Source: a virus
Lineage: Duplodnaviria; Caudoviricetes
Length of the DNA stretch: 33,097 nucleotides
Virus record (IMG/VR): IMGVR_UViG_3300023180_000213
Coordinates: 1 to 33,097 of that record
Strand: one strand, 5' to 3'
The notes below the pieces were generated by a model that saw only the letters and a list, made by a program, of their open reading frames with translations, was not told where the DNA came from and ran no database searches. Of this stretch, positions 1 to 9,135 are shown piece after piece; the stretch's first letter is position 1, and the number at the start of each line of letters is the position of its first letter. The position numbers were made by a program, and so were the translations under genes.

Positions 1-567
1 TTTGATGGTACGGCAGATATCACCATTGCAGCCACCGATCTATCCGATACAGACCAGGCACTGGCTACTACTTCTGATGTTACTTTCAATACAATCACGA
101 AGAGTGGTGGTCTTGCCACAGAATTCCTAAAGGCAGATGGTTCTGTTGATAGCACTACCTACTTATCATCTTATACAGAAACCGATCCCGTAGTTGGTGC
201 TATTACTGGTATTGTCAAGGCAGATGGTGCTGGTAATATCAGTGCAGCTGTCGCAGGAACAGATTATGCAGAAGCTGCTGCACAATCTGGAGAGATTACA
301 TTAGGTGCAACTCCTACATGGACTGGAACGGCAGGAGTAACAGTGACACAGCAATCCAGTGGCAATTATCGTATGACCTTCACAAATGCATTTACGAATG
401 CTACTGACTACTATGTCTTCACCAACCACATGGATTATATTGGTGCTCAAAAAGTATTTGTAACCACTGCTAGATCCAATACTCATGTAGATTTCACTGT
501 ATACAGAGAAGGTGACGGTGCATTTGTTGATACTGGATCTATCGCAATTCAGGTTATTGCACACTAA
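1..567 (+). CDS. C-terminal part of a tail fibre-like protein (5' end outside window)
   Basis: Frame +1 is open from base 1 (FDGTADITIAATDLSDTDQ...FLKADGSVD...GIVKADGAG...) to TAA at 565-567. The track's 74-aa ORF is only the tail of it. FDGTADIT and FLKADGS are typical fibre shaft motifs. Confidence 0.8.
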   Translation, partial: FDGTADITIAATDLSDTDQALATTSDVTFNTITKSGGLATEFLKADGSVDSTTYLSSYTETDPVVGAITGIVKADGAGNISAAVAGTDYAEAAAQSGEITLGATPTWTGTAGVTVTQQSSGNYRMTFTNAFTNATDYYVFTNHMDYIGAQKVFVTTARSNTHVDFTVYREGDGAFVDTGSIAIQVIAH

Positions 568-568
568 T

Positions 569-576
569 CATAAATA
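569..576 (+). promoter_or_regulatory. T4-type (gp55) late promoter, CATAAATA
   Basis: Intergenic match to NATAAATA about 20 nt upstream of the next start codon. Confidence 0.65.
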
Positions 577-598
577 CACTTGATATGATATATTGACT

Positions 599-784
599 AT
601 GGATACATCAAAAATGCGAGAGGAATTCCTATCCCAGCTGAAAGACTATGAGTTCAAAATTAAAAGGGGCGAAGAAGAACTCGCTAAATTGAGAGAGTAC
701 AAGTTAAAGCTTGAGGGTGGGTTAGAAACATTAGATCTACTAGAGAAACAAGATGGCAGCGATTCCAGTCAACATACTGATTGA
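599..784 (+). CDS. small coiled-coil hypothetical protein
   Basis: ATG at 599 (the track starts at TTG 593). Heptad-like, E/K/L-rich sequence ending KLEGGLETLDLL. Confidence 0.7.
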   Translation: MDTSKMREEFLSQLKDYEFKIKRGEEELAKLREYKLKLEGGLETLDLLEKQDGSDSSQHTD

Positions 785-1085
785 TAAGGGAGCAGACTTT
801 GGAGTCACTTTCTTTATCACCAATAAAGATGGTACTCCACTCAACATGTCGGGGTACACTGGCAATGCTGTAATGAAGAAAAGTTATTCAGCAACTACGT
901 CAGTTCCTTTCACTCTGACATTTGTAAATAGAACAACTGGAGAGATTGCTCTTTCTCTCACTGATGTAGAAACTGCTGCTCTTGATAGGAGAAGGTATGT
1001 CTACGACATTGTTCTTGAAGACCCTAATGGGTACAAGACAAGAGTTATTATGGGAAATGCTGAAGTAAGCCCAGGAGTTTCCTGA
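753..1085 (+). CDS. small beta-sandwich virion structural or adaptor protein
   Basis: NILIDKGADF...G.I.LSLT..ET..L...RYVYDI...RVI.G...VSPGVS pattern, as I recall from cyanomyovirus tail regions. Confidence 0.7.
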   Translation: MAAIPVNILIDKGADFGVTFFITNKDGTPLNMSGYTGNAVMKKSYSATTSVPFTLTFVNRTTGEIALSLTDVETAALDRRRYVYDIVLEDPNGYKTRVIMGNAEVSPGVS

Positions 1086-1804
1086 TGGCACAGTATAACG
1101 TCAGGATTGGAGATAGTTCATATAGAGTAGGTAAGCAATTACCAGAACAATACAAACTCGATGTAAACTATCAAATTCCATCAAAGTCAACACAATACTC
1201 CAATCTACTGATTGACAGTATTGCGTCACAGTTTGATGGTGTTCAGGATACATTTAATATTACAGTAAATGGCGAGTCATATACTCCTCTCAATGAGGAG
1301 CAGATTGCCATTTCTATTAATAATGTCATTCTAGAGCCTAAAGTTGACTACGTAGTATCCAACGATCAGATTGTATTCAACACACCGCCTGCAGGTGGAG
1401 CAGCATTCTTTGGCATTGCATATGCTACGACCGCTGATCTGACCAGAACTCTTAACTATGTAATTGACAGTGGGTCATTCCCAATGTCAAATGGTGTAAA
1501 AGGTAATATGACCATTGATGTAACAGGAGAGATTGAGTCTTGGACTATTATTTCCGACACTGAAGGTAATCTAGAACTTGACATTCAAAAATGCACCTTC
1601 GATGACTTTCCTAATTTCGCGTCTATTTGTGGTACTGAAAGACCCACTCTTGGTGTCCTAAATACTAGTGTTCAGAGAAAGAATAAAGACGACAATCTTT
1701 CAACATGGAACACCACTGTGAATGCAGGTGACATTTTTCAATTTGAGGTCATCTATTCTATCAACATTTCAAGATTTGTGATTTCACTGAAACTCAAATT
1801 ATAA
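1085..1804 (+). CDS. baseplate or tail-associated structural protein
   Basis: DSIASQFDG...TFNITVNG...ISINNVILEP..DY.V....IVF.TPP module typical of baseplate-wedge-like repeats. Start is coupled to the upstream stop (TGATG). Confidence 0.65.
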   Translation: MAQYNVRIGDSSYRVGKQLPEQYKLDVNYQIPSKSTQYSNLLIDSIASQFDGVQDTFNITVNGESYTPLNEEQIAISINNVILEPKVDYVVSNDQIVFNTPPAGGAAFFGIAYATTADLTRTLNYVIDSGSFPMSNGVKGNMTIDVTGEIESWTIISDTEGNLELDIQKCTFDDFPNFASICGTERPTLGVLNTSVQRKNKDDNLSTWNTTVNAGDIFQFEVIYSINISRFVISLKLKL

Positions 1805-1815
1805 ATTACACCCAT

Positions 1816-1823
1816 TATAAATA
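1816..1823 (+). promoter_or_regulatory. late promoter TATAAATA
   Basis: Perfect T4 late consensus, intergenic, followed by a GAGGAG RBS before ATG 1862. Confidence 0.85.
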
Positions 1824-1861
1824 AAAATAAACTCGCACGAAAAAAGTAGAGGAGAGTCTCC

Positions 1862-3262
1862 ATGGCATTGCTAGTAACCAACCAAGGTGAAATTGAGTCT
1901 CTGCGTAATCTTCTGAATGCTAATCAGGCGATTCCCAGAAACTTAATTCTTAAATTATACACTACAGATACGTATCCTGCAGAAAGCGATACGCCTTCTC
2001 AAACCAGATATTACGAACCTTATATTGATGGTAACGTAATCGGTTATGGTCAAGCTGTAACAACTGAATATCCTGCTGTTGTTAACAACAGAACTGATCA
2101 AGACTATTCACAGCAAAGAGGTATTCTTCTAAACGGCAACATTTGGAGCATTACTACAGAGCAAACTGCTGTTGTAACAGCAGTACAAGGCAGCGGTACT
2201 GCGGGCGAGTATTTAATCACCGTTGCTTCTAATGCTGGTATCAAGAAAGGCGACTATGTAACTGGCGGTTCGGTTGGAACTGGTGCATATGTTGTTGATA
2301 TTGATGGCACGACTCTCAATTTAAGCGTTAAGAACACTGGTACTTTTGCTCTCCAAAACCTCGATTTTGGTGCTGGTAGAACAACCGCTTCTTACCCAGA
2401 GCAAACATTCACATTTGGTGCCGCTGCTGGTAACATCTATGGTTACTATCTGGCTCGTGCAAACAACATGCCTTCCACCATTCATGGTGTTGCTGATGCT
2501 GCTTCTTGTGCAGCTGCTACAACTATCACCAAGTCTGGTGTTCGTGGACAGTTAGGTAATAAGTATATTACTCTCCCAGCAATCACAAATACCACTGCTG
2601 CTACTGGAACCTCTGGTACTTTTGAGCTTGCAGTTACTTCGACTACTGGTGTTGCGATTGGTCAGCGTGTAACTGGTGTTGGTGTTGCTGCTGGAACCCG
2701 TGTAGTTGGTATCGCTGGTACTACTGTTTATATCGACACCGCTCTTGCAGGTGCTGTCAGCAATGACGTTAACTTCCTTGCAGAAGTTGCTGCTGACCTT
2801 GCAAAAGGAATGGTTGTTTCTTCCAATGCTGGCAACACAGGTCCTGATGGTCTTGATGCTAATACAGTTATCACTGGCATTGATAGAGAGACTGCTGATG
2901 CAGATGGAACTGTAATTGTTTACCTCAACAATGCTCTGATTGATAACATTCAGCCTACAAACAACAACGACGACATTGACTTTGATTTCTCTGAAGTCAC
3001 TGCTACTGCTCATGGTCTGGTTGTTGGTGATGTTATCTACATCGATCAAGGATCTGGAAACGGTGCAACTACTGCAGGAACATACACCATCCACTCTGTA
3101 GAGGATGCAAATACATTCACTACAGAACCTGCACTCGACGGCGCTGGTGACCTTACTCTCTATTCTTCGATCTTCTTCGCAGAAAGATTTACAAACGGAC
3201 CATACAGCATCCAAAACGACGGTGACCAAATTAAAGTCACCCTCAACGTCAGCCTCGACTGA
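1862..3262 (+). CDS. virion structural protein (fibre-like, probably abundant)
   Basis: 466 aa, G/T/A/V-rich with repeated G..V.G.GV..GT.V..I.GTT modules. Has its own late promoter, strong RBS and terminator. Confidence 0.75.
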   Translation: MALLVTNQGEIESLRNLLNANQAIPRNLILKLYTTDTYPAESDTPSQTRYYEPYIDGNVIGYGQAVTTEYPAVVNNRTDQDYSQQRGILLNGNIWSITTEQTAVVTAVQGSGTAGEYLITVASNAGIKKGDYVTGGSVGTGAYVVDIDGTTLNLSVKNTGTFALQNLDFGAGRTTASYPEQTFTFGAAAGNIYGYYLARANNMPSTIHGVADAASCAAATTITKSGVRGQLGNKYITLPAITNTTAATGTSGTFELAVTSTTGVAIGQRVTGVGVAAGTRVVGIAGTTVYIDTALAGAVSNDVNFLAEVAADLAKGMVVSSNAGNTGPDGLDANTVITGIDRETADADGTVIVYLNNALIDNIQPTNNNDDIDFDFSEVTATAHGLVVGDVIYIDQGSGNGATTAGTYTIHSVEDANTFTTEPALDGAGDLTLYSSIFFAERFTNGPYSIQNDGDQIKVTLNVSLD

Positions 3263-3294
3263 TACAATCCTATTGAAATCTATATCATGATATT

Positions 3295-3323
3295 AGGGGG
3301 GTTGTTTGCGATCCCCCTTTTAT
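3295..3323 (+). terminator. rho-independent terminator
   Basis: AGGGGGGTTGT-TT-GCGATCCCCCT stem followed by TTTTATTT. Confidence 0.8.
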
Positions 3324-3343
3324 TTCGCTGTATGCTGATGTAG

Positions 3344-6300
3344 ATGGTATATTCATATGCTGGTACAGGATCAATATCTCCCGTAGTTGGGTTTGACTTC
3401 GGGAATATTTCCTACAGCTATACACCATCTTCAGTACAAGAATTCATTTATGTTGATCTAGGTCCATCCTTATCAGCAACACCAACAACAATTGTAGATC
3501 ACGGTAGCATTGCCGATCCCGAAGTAGGAGAAGAGGATTGGGGTGATCTGCGATTTGACAAACAAACAAGATTCCCATTCGGCGTCGTTAGACTAGCGAG
3601 CAGCACGACGTTTGTTGTTAAGAAAGTATATGTAGGTAGTGGTCAAATCTTCGAGCTTGGAGAGGCGTTTACGCGCCTCCAGGCTCCTTGGATTGTTGAG
3701 GGCACTATTTCCCTCTATGGCGAAGGGAACGTGGCGTTCCTGTACCGTTACGACGCCTCTGGGCAAGCAACGGTCTACGGGGACGCTGCGCCCTCTCGCA
3801 GCACGATTTACAATGGATCTGGATCTCTATTCAGTGGATCCTTTACTGGCGAAGCAAAATCTACGGTCTATCCCGAGCAGCCAGATTATAGTGACTTGGT
3901 TCAAGTTACTGCAGATGACATTAATAATGATCCAAATACAACGTTCACACGTACCACATACTCTACAGGTGGTTCTGGAACAGGATCTTTAGGTGGATTC
4001 AACATTGGTCCTCATATCCGCTTTGGCACCAATTTAAGCGGATTTAGGTCTTTACGATTCTACCTTGATCTAGTGGGGGTAGAAGAAATAACGGTCAATG
4101 CCATTAAGGGCAATGGTTCTAATGGTGGCGAAGAACCAGATGGCGGCGAAGATTTAAGAATTCTGTTTACTGGATTCCCATATACTCTTCTTGTCGCTGA
4201 AAACGACACTTCTTTCAATACTCTAAACAGTGTTACTGTTCCTGTTCCTGAAGGAGCAAGAGTACAGAACTCCGAGATTACAATCTACCAAGCAAATAAT
4301 AGTGGATATCAGTTTGACCACTATGGTATCCAGAGCATTGAATATACTGCTGTAGGACCTGGAGATCAACGCAAGACTCTCTTCAATGTATATGGAGATG
4401 TAATTCTTGGTGTAAGTCTCCGAACATTTGGCGGTGGTACTTTATTCAGCTTTAGTAATACTACCTCAATTAGAACGTTTGGATACCAAGGTAGTGGTTC
4501 TCTGTTTAACTTTGGTAGCAAGGAAGAAACTAAAACATATTCATACAACACAAGTTCAATTGATTTCTTCACACAAAGAGATTATGGATTTGTTTATGCG
4601 TCTACAACCGAAGACAATATCGATTTAGGTCCTCTGTTCCCAGCTGGTACAGATGACTTTGGTGTTATTGATGATTGGGAATACATTCTCGAAAATTATA
4701 CCAAGTATCCATTTGGTCTTTTCCATCTTCAAAGTCAAGGAAAAGTTAATTTCACACCAAATTATAATGGTGGCGGAACACTATTTACTTTTGGAGAAGT
4801 ATTTGTATTTGTTCCTCCTGTATGGGATGGTGAAGGTGTCATTACAATTTCTGGTCAGGCAGGTGAATCCTTTGCTACTCAATATTATGGTAGTGGCACT
4901 ATTGCCACTATGTCTGGCGCAGCAAATGTCTTTAGTGTTAATCCAGATACAGAAACGGCACTCTTCGAGTTTAGAGGATTCACTGGATACGCTCTTGCCA
5001 AGAGTGAAGAGTTTGACGTATCCGCTTCCATCTTTGGTGATGCATACACAAGACTCTTACCAAGATATAAAGGTTTTGGTGTTATCTCTGTCGAGAACAC
5101 AGAGTCCAAAGTTCTTATTGCTAACGCATGGGAAACAACTGGGTCTCTGTTCGGTTTTATCGGAGCAGAGACACCAAGAACTTATTCCTACAACAATTCT
5201 TCGATCGACTACTTTACTCCGATCGATCTTGGATCTGTTGCTCTACCTGCATCTACTCCAGCAGACCCAATTGCGCTCTATACAGAAACCGATTACGGTA
5301 CGTTAGATCTCAATTACACTGGAGAGACAGGATGGATGTCTACTCCAGACGACAGACAAGACTGGCAGTTTATTCTTGAGAATTACACCAAGTATCCATT
5401 TGGTTTGTTTGAAAGATTCAATGGTACTGCAAGAATTATCATCAATCTTTCCCACACCACTTCATTTGAAGATTCTGGTGGTGATAGACTATTCTCTATT
5501 CGTGGTGAAATTGAAATTGCCTTCCCCAATGTACACAGCTCCGAAGGTGGATTTAAAATCTTTGGTGCGGCTACATCAGAGAAAGTTGCATATGACGAAG
5601 AGTTTACTACTCTATTTGATATTGGTGGATTTGGTTCCTTCAGTAAGTCTGCCGCAGAAGAATTTACTGTGGAGATGGGCATTTCTGGAGATGCTTATAT
5701 CACTGTTACTGGCAATACAGTTCAGGATGCAACCATCTTCATTACTGGTGCTTCTTCAGAAATCAGGACAAGAGGATACCAAGGAAGCGGTTCTATCTTC
5801 TCCAATGGTATTCTATCAGAGTCCGTCACGAAGACGTTCCCACTTACACCTGATTATACTGCTTACCTCACTCTCACTGCTACAGATCTCAACAATCAGA
5901 CTCTCACCAATGTTACTCCTGCGGTAGAGTATGTAACAAGCGGAACTGGTACTGGTAGTGGTGGTGGATTTAATATTGATCCATATTTCAAATTTGGCGT
6001 CTCTGGCACTGGAGCTTCTTATTCTGCAGATGGCGACAGAACCGTTGCATTCACTCTTGACCTTCGCAATGTAGAAGAACTAACGTTCAACATTATCAAA
6101 GGTAATGGTACTAATGGTGGGGACACACCAGAGTGTTTCAATGCTGCCACTGGATCGGGTGATAATTTAGTTTATCAAATTAATGGCGGCAATGAAACGC
6201 TACTAGTCAGTGCTTGTGAGACATCTTTTGAAACTTTAAATTCTGTCACTATACCTGTATCTGTTGCAGATAGAATACAAAATGCTGTTGTCACTGTTCA

Positions 6301-9094
6301 TCAGTCGCAGCATAGTGGTAGCACACTAGATGCGTGGGGATTCCAGTCAGTTCAGTATGTTGTCAATGGTGTTGGAGATCAACGCAAGACTCTGTTTGAT
6401 ATTACTGGTGAGTTGTCTGCTCTACGTGCATCCTTCGCACATCTTGGTAGTGGCGATCTATTTGCTATTGGTGGCGGAACGGAGAGTAAAACTTCTGACG
6501 AAGAATTTACAACTCTCTTTAATATTAGTGGCGCATCTACAGAAGTTAGAACAAGAGGATATCAAGGAACTGGAGTTATCTCCACACTATTTGGTGCGGC
6601 AGAATCCTTTACTGCATCACCAGACGATCTATTCTCACTATTCGACTTCACTGGTGGTATTACTTCCATCAAGTCTACCTTCAGAGAAACTGCGGATGGT
6701 GCGCTTTTCGAGATTACTGGAGAGATTCCTGTTTCTTTACTTACGTTTGCAGAGCAACCAGAAGTACAAGCAAGAATTTTTGGTGCTGGTGCAGAAGCTT
6801 ATGTACCAAACTGGAATGGTCGTGGTCGCATCTCGACTCTATCTGGTGCAGCAGAATCTTTCACAGTCAATCCAAGAGAAAGAGAACTTCTATTCTCTAT
6901 CACTGGATCGGCCGAAGAAGCATTCTCGTTCGGAAATTACGATGCAGATTCTGCAGCGAGAATCTTTGGTTCTATTCCAAAACCACCAACTCTCGTATTT
7001 GCAGAGTCTGGATTCGGAACACTGTCTCTTTCTGGAGAGGCAGGAGTTGTCAATATCGATGTATATGGTGGATTCGGTACGATCTTCTCCAAAGGAGTTG
7101 GAGGAGAATCTCTTACAAGAAGAATACCTGCATTCCAAGCAGATCTTACTTTATCTGGATTTGCTGGGAAGGCAGTTACCTTCAATCCACCAGACATTAC
7201 AACTCATCTCCAAATTACTGGAGAGAGTATTGTACCAATCAGAAGCTTCGCAGAAGTCTTCACTGTCAGACTCGCTACCGATGGTACAGCGAGAGAGCGT
7301 TTTGTCTCCAATCATATTGGCGACGGTGCTATTGCATCTCGTGGTATTGGTGGCGAAGCGATCTCCAGAAAACTACCTGCCTTCCAGGCAGACATGTTTG
7401 TTTCTGGATTCGCTGGACAGAAGACAACTGTCAGAGAAACATTCTTTGGATCTCTATTCACATTCAGTGGATCTTCTGCTCCAGAACTTCTCACCTTTGC
7501 AGAGCAACCAGAAGTTCAGATTCACATCGATGGCGAATCTACCAACTCTTCAACTAGTACATACATTGGCACTGGTAGAATTTCTACACTGTCTGGTGCT
7601 GCGGAATCTGCGACATTCAATCCAACAGAAAGAGAACTTCTATTCTCATTCGGTGGTGGATTCAGTGATATCAAGATTGTCAAGGCAGAGACCAAACAGA
7701 TCGAGATCTCTATTGATGTTGATACAAAAACAAAATTCATCCCCAACTGGCTCGTCGAAGGTACAATTCCTGTCAGTGGTATTGCTCATACCACCAGATC
7801 TATTGTACATACGGGAGAAGGATTTATCAGCACTCTATCTGGTGCGGCAGAATCCTTTACTTACAATCCAACAGAAGATACTGCACTATTCAGTTTCCTC
7901 GGAACTGCATCAATCAGATCTGCTGTATCGGAAGTCAAGACAATCCATACTTCCATCTTTGCAGAAGATGTCAAGGTCATTGTTATCAAATCCTTCACTG
8001 GATCTGGCGTTATCCCAGTATCTGGTCAGAAGGACGAGAGAATATCGAGAGCATACGAAGGCACTGGTGTTATCAGCACTTTGTCTGGTTCTGCCGAATC
8101 CTTTACCGTCAACCCAGAAGATCTGTTCAGTCTCTTCAACGTTCTTGGTGTTGCGGATACAAGACCAATCAAGGTATTCACCAAGATTGGTTCTGGTGCT
8201 TTGTTCACAAGCTTCACTGCTGGCGAAGCGAGAACAATCTCTGTTCCTGTCAACGTTCCTTCTCAAGAATCCAAGGGACTCTTCAAGCTGGAGGGCACAT
8301 CTCCAGAATCGTTTACTATTCCATACGAAGGATTTGGATCTCTATTCTCCTTCGAGGGACTGGAAGAAAGAAGAACCTTTGCACACGAAACCGAAGGAAC
8401 AGTCACAGTTTCTGGTATTGCTTCTACTCCAAGAACCAGAGACTTTGCTGGATCTGGATCTCTGTTCTCGTTTATCGAAGCAGAATCTGCTGTCAGATTT
8501 GTTCCTTCTACCCGCACAGTTCTCTTCGATATTACTGGCGAGTCTGTATTCAGAACATCTCAAGCACACGAAGGAACAGGAAGTCTATTCACAACCTTCA
8601 CTGCTGGCGAATCCAGAACCTACAAACTTCCAGAGCATCTTGTTCCCAATATTACATTCAAGGGTGCTGCAAGAATCAAAAATACATTCTTGTATCGTGG
8701 TCAAGCAAACCTACAAGTTTCTGGTTCCGCACAAGAATCCTTCACTCAAGCAGTATACGAAGGAAATGTCAATATCAAGACTTCTGGAGAAGCAACCCAA
8801 AGATTCGTTGCCACAGAAGAAAGTCAAGGGGGAACGATCAAAGTACGTGGCGAAGCTTCGGTACTCCTTACAAACGCATTCGACACCTATACTCTCTTCG
8901 ATATCAATGGTATTGCAAAGGTCAATCTATCTTCTACCTTTGCTGGATCTGGAACAATATTTACCTTCATCAGTGGCAAAGAGGTACAACCAGACAAAGG
9001 ATATCAAGGATCGGGAACGATTACTCTACGCGGCGAGTCTGCAGATAAGAAGGTATCTGTTGCTCCAGAACGCACTTATGGATGGATTATTTGA
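3344..9094 (+). CDS. giant repetitive virion structural or fibre protein (1916 aa) with two inserted reelin-like domains
   Basis: Long ORF with many Y.G.G.(L/I)(F/S) and ISTLSGAAESFT.NP.E..LFS repeats, three YSY..SS...DW...(Y/F)PFG modules, and two homologous inserts of about 170 aa. Confidence 0.85.
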   Translation: MVYSYAGTGSISPVVGFDFGNISYSYTPSSVQEFIYVDLGPSLSATPTTIVDHGSIADPEVGEEDWGDLRFDKQTRFPFGVVRLASSTTFVVKKVYVGSGQIFELGEAFTRLQAPWIVEGTISLYGEGNVAFLYRYDASGQATVYGDAAPSRSTIYNGSGSLFSGSFTGEAKSTVYPEQPDYSDLVQVTADDINNDPNTTFTRTTYSTGGSGTGSLGGFNIGPHIRFGTNLSGFRSLRFYLDLVGVEEITVNAIKGNGSNGGEEPDGGEDLRILFTGFPYTLLVAENDTSFNTLNSVTVPVPEGARVQNSEITIYQANNSGYQFDHYGIQSIEYTAVGPGDQRKTLFNVYGDVILGVSLRTFGGGTLFSFSNTTSIRTFGYQGSGSLFNFGSKEETKTYSYNTSSIDFFTQRDYGFVYASTTEDNIDLGPLFPAGTDDFGVIDDWEYILENYTKYPFGLFHLQSQGKVNFTPNYNGGGTLFTFGEVFVFVPPVWDGEGVITISGQAGESFATQYYGSGTIATMSGAANVFSVNPDTETALFEFRGFTGYALAKSEEFDVSASIFGDAYTRLLPRYKGFGVISVENTESKVLIANAWETTGSLFGFIGAETPRTYSYNNSSIDYFTPIDLGSVALPASTPADPIALYTETDYGTLDLNYTGETGWMSTPDDRQDWQFILENYTKYPFGLFERFNGTARIIINLSHTTSFEDSGGDRLFSIRGEIEIAFPNVHSSEGGFKIFGAATSEKVAYDEEFTTLFDIGGFGSFSKSAAEEFTVEMGISGDAYITVTGNTVQDATIFITGASSEIRTRGYQGSGSIFSNGILSESVTKTFPLTPDYTAYLTLTATDLNNQTLTNVTPAVEYVTSGTGTGSGGGFNIDPYFKFGVSGTGASYSADGDRTVAFTLDLRNVEELTFNIIKGNGTNGGDTPECFNAATGSGDNLVYQINGGNETLLVSACETSFETLNSVTIPVSVADRIQNAVVTVHQSQHSGSTLDAWGFQSVQYVVNGVGDQRKTLFDITGELSALRASFAHLGSGDLFAIGGGTESKTSDEEFTTLFNISGASTEVRTRGYQGTGVISTLFGAAESFTASPDDLFSLFDFTGGITSIKSTFRETADGALFEITGEIPVSLLTFAEQPEVQARIFGAGAEAYVPNWNGRGRISTLSGAAESFTVNPRERELLFSITGSAEEAFSFGNYDADSAARIFGSIPKPPTLVFAESGFGTLSLSGEAGVVNIDVYGGFGTIFSKGVGGESLTRRIPAFQADLTLSGFAGKAVTFNPPDITTHLQITGESIVPIRSFAEVFTVRLATDGTARERFVSNHIGDGAIASRGIGGEAISRKLPAFQADMFVSGFAGQKTTVRETFFGSLFTFSGSSAPELLTFAEQPEVQIHIDGESTNSSTSTYIGTGRISTLSGAAESATFNPTERELLFSFGGGFSDIKIVKAETKQIEISIDVDTKTKFIPNWLVEGTIPVSGIAHTTRSIVHTGEGFISTLSGAAESFTYNPTEDTALFSFLGTASIRSAVSEVKTIHTSIFAEDVKVIVIKSFTGSGVIPVSGQKDERISRAYEGTGVISTLSGSAESFTVNPEDLFSLFNVLGVADTRPIKVFTKIGSGALFTSFTAGEARTISVPVNVPSQESKGLFKLEGTSPESFTIPYEGFGSLFSFEGLEERRTFAHETEGTVTVSGIASTPRTRDFAGSGSLFSFIEAESAVRFVPSTRTVLFDITGESVFRTSQAHEGTGSLFTTFTAGESRTYKLPEHLVPNITFKGAARIKNTFLYRGQANLQVSGSAQESFTQAVYEGNVNIKTSGEATQRFVATEESQGGTIKVRGEASVLLTNAFDTYTLFDINGIAKVNLSSTFAGSGTIFTFISGKEVQPDKGYQGSGTITLRGESADKKVSVAPERTYGWII
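6746..7647 (+). repeat. internal duplication with 750-bp offset
   Basis: TTTGCAGAGCAACCAGAAGT at 6746 and 7496; AGAAAGAGAACTTCTATTCTC at 6877 and 7627. Confidence 0.85.
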
Positions 9095-9097
9095 TAG

Positions 9098-9105
9098 TAT
9101 AAATA
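9098..9105 (+). promoter_or_regulatory. late promoter TATAAATA
   Basis: Perfect consensus, intergenic, 30 nt before ATG 9136. Confidence 0.85.
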
Positions 9106-9135
9106 TAATCAGTAACCAATAATATCTCTTACAAC

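Noticed and set aside
2552-3229. 225-aa minus-strand ORF and similar antisense ORFs (e.g. 19788..20456, 14248..14673, 13353..13775)
   Set aside because: They lie antisense to well-supported genes, have S/I/N/C-rich shadow composition, and show no RBS, promoter or family motif.
3639-5927. Shorter +1-frame ORFs in the giant gene (117, 217 and 183 aa) and equivalents in other genes
   Set aside because: Leu-rich frame-shadow products expected from the codon bias of the main frame.
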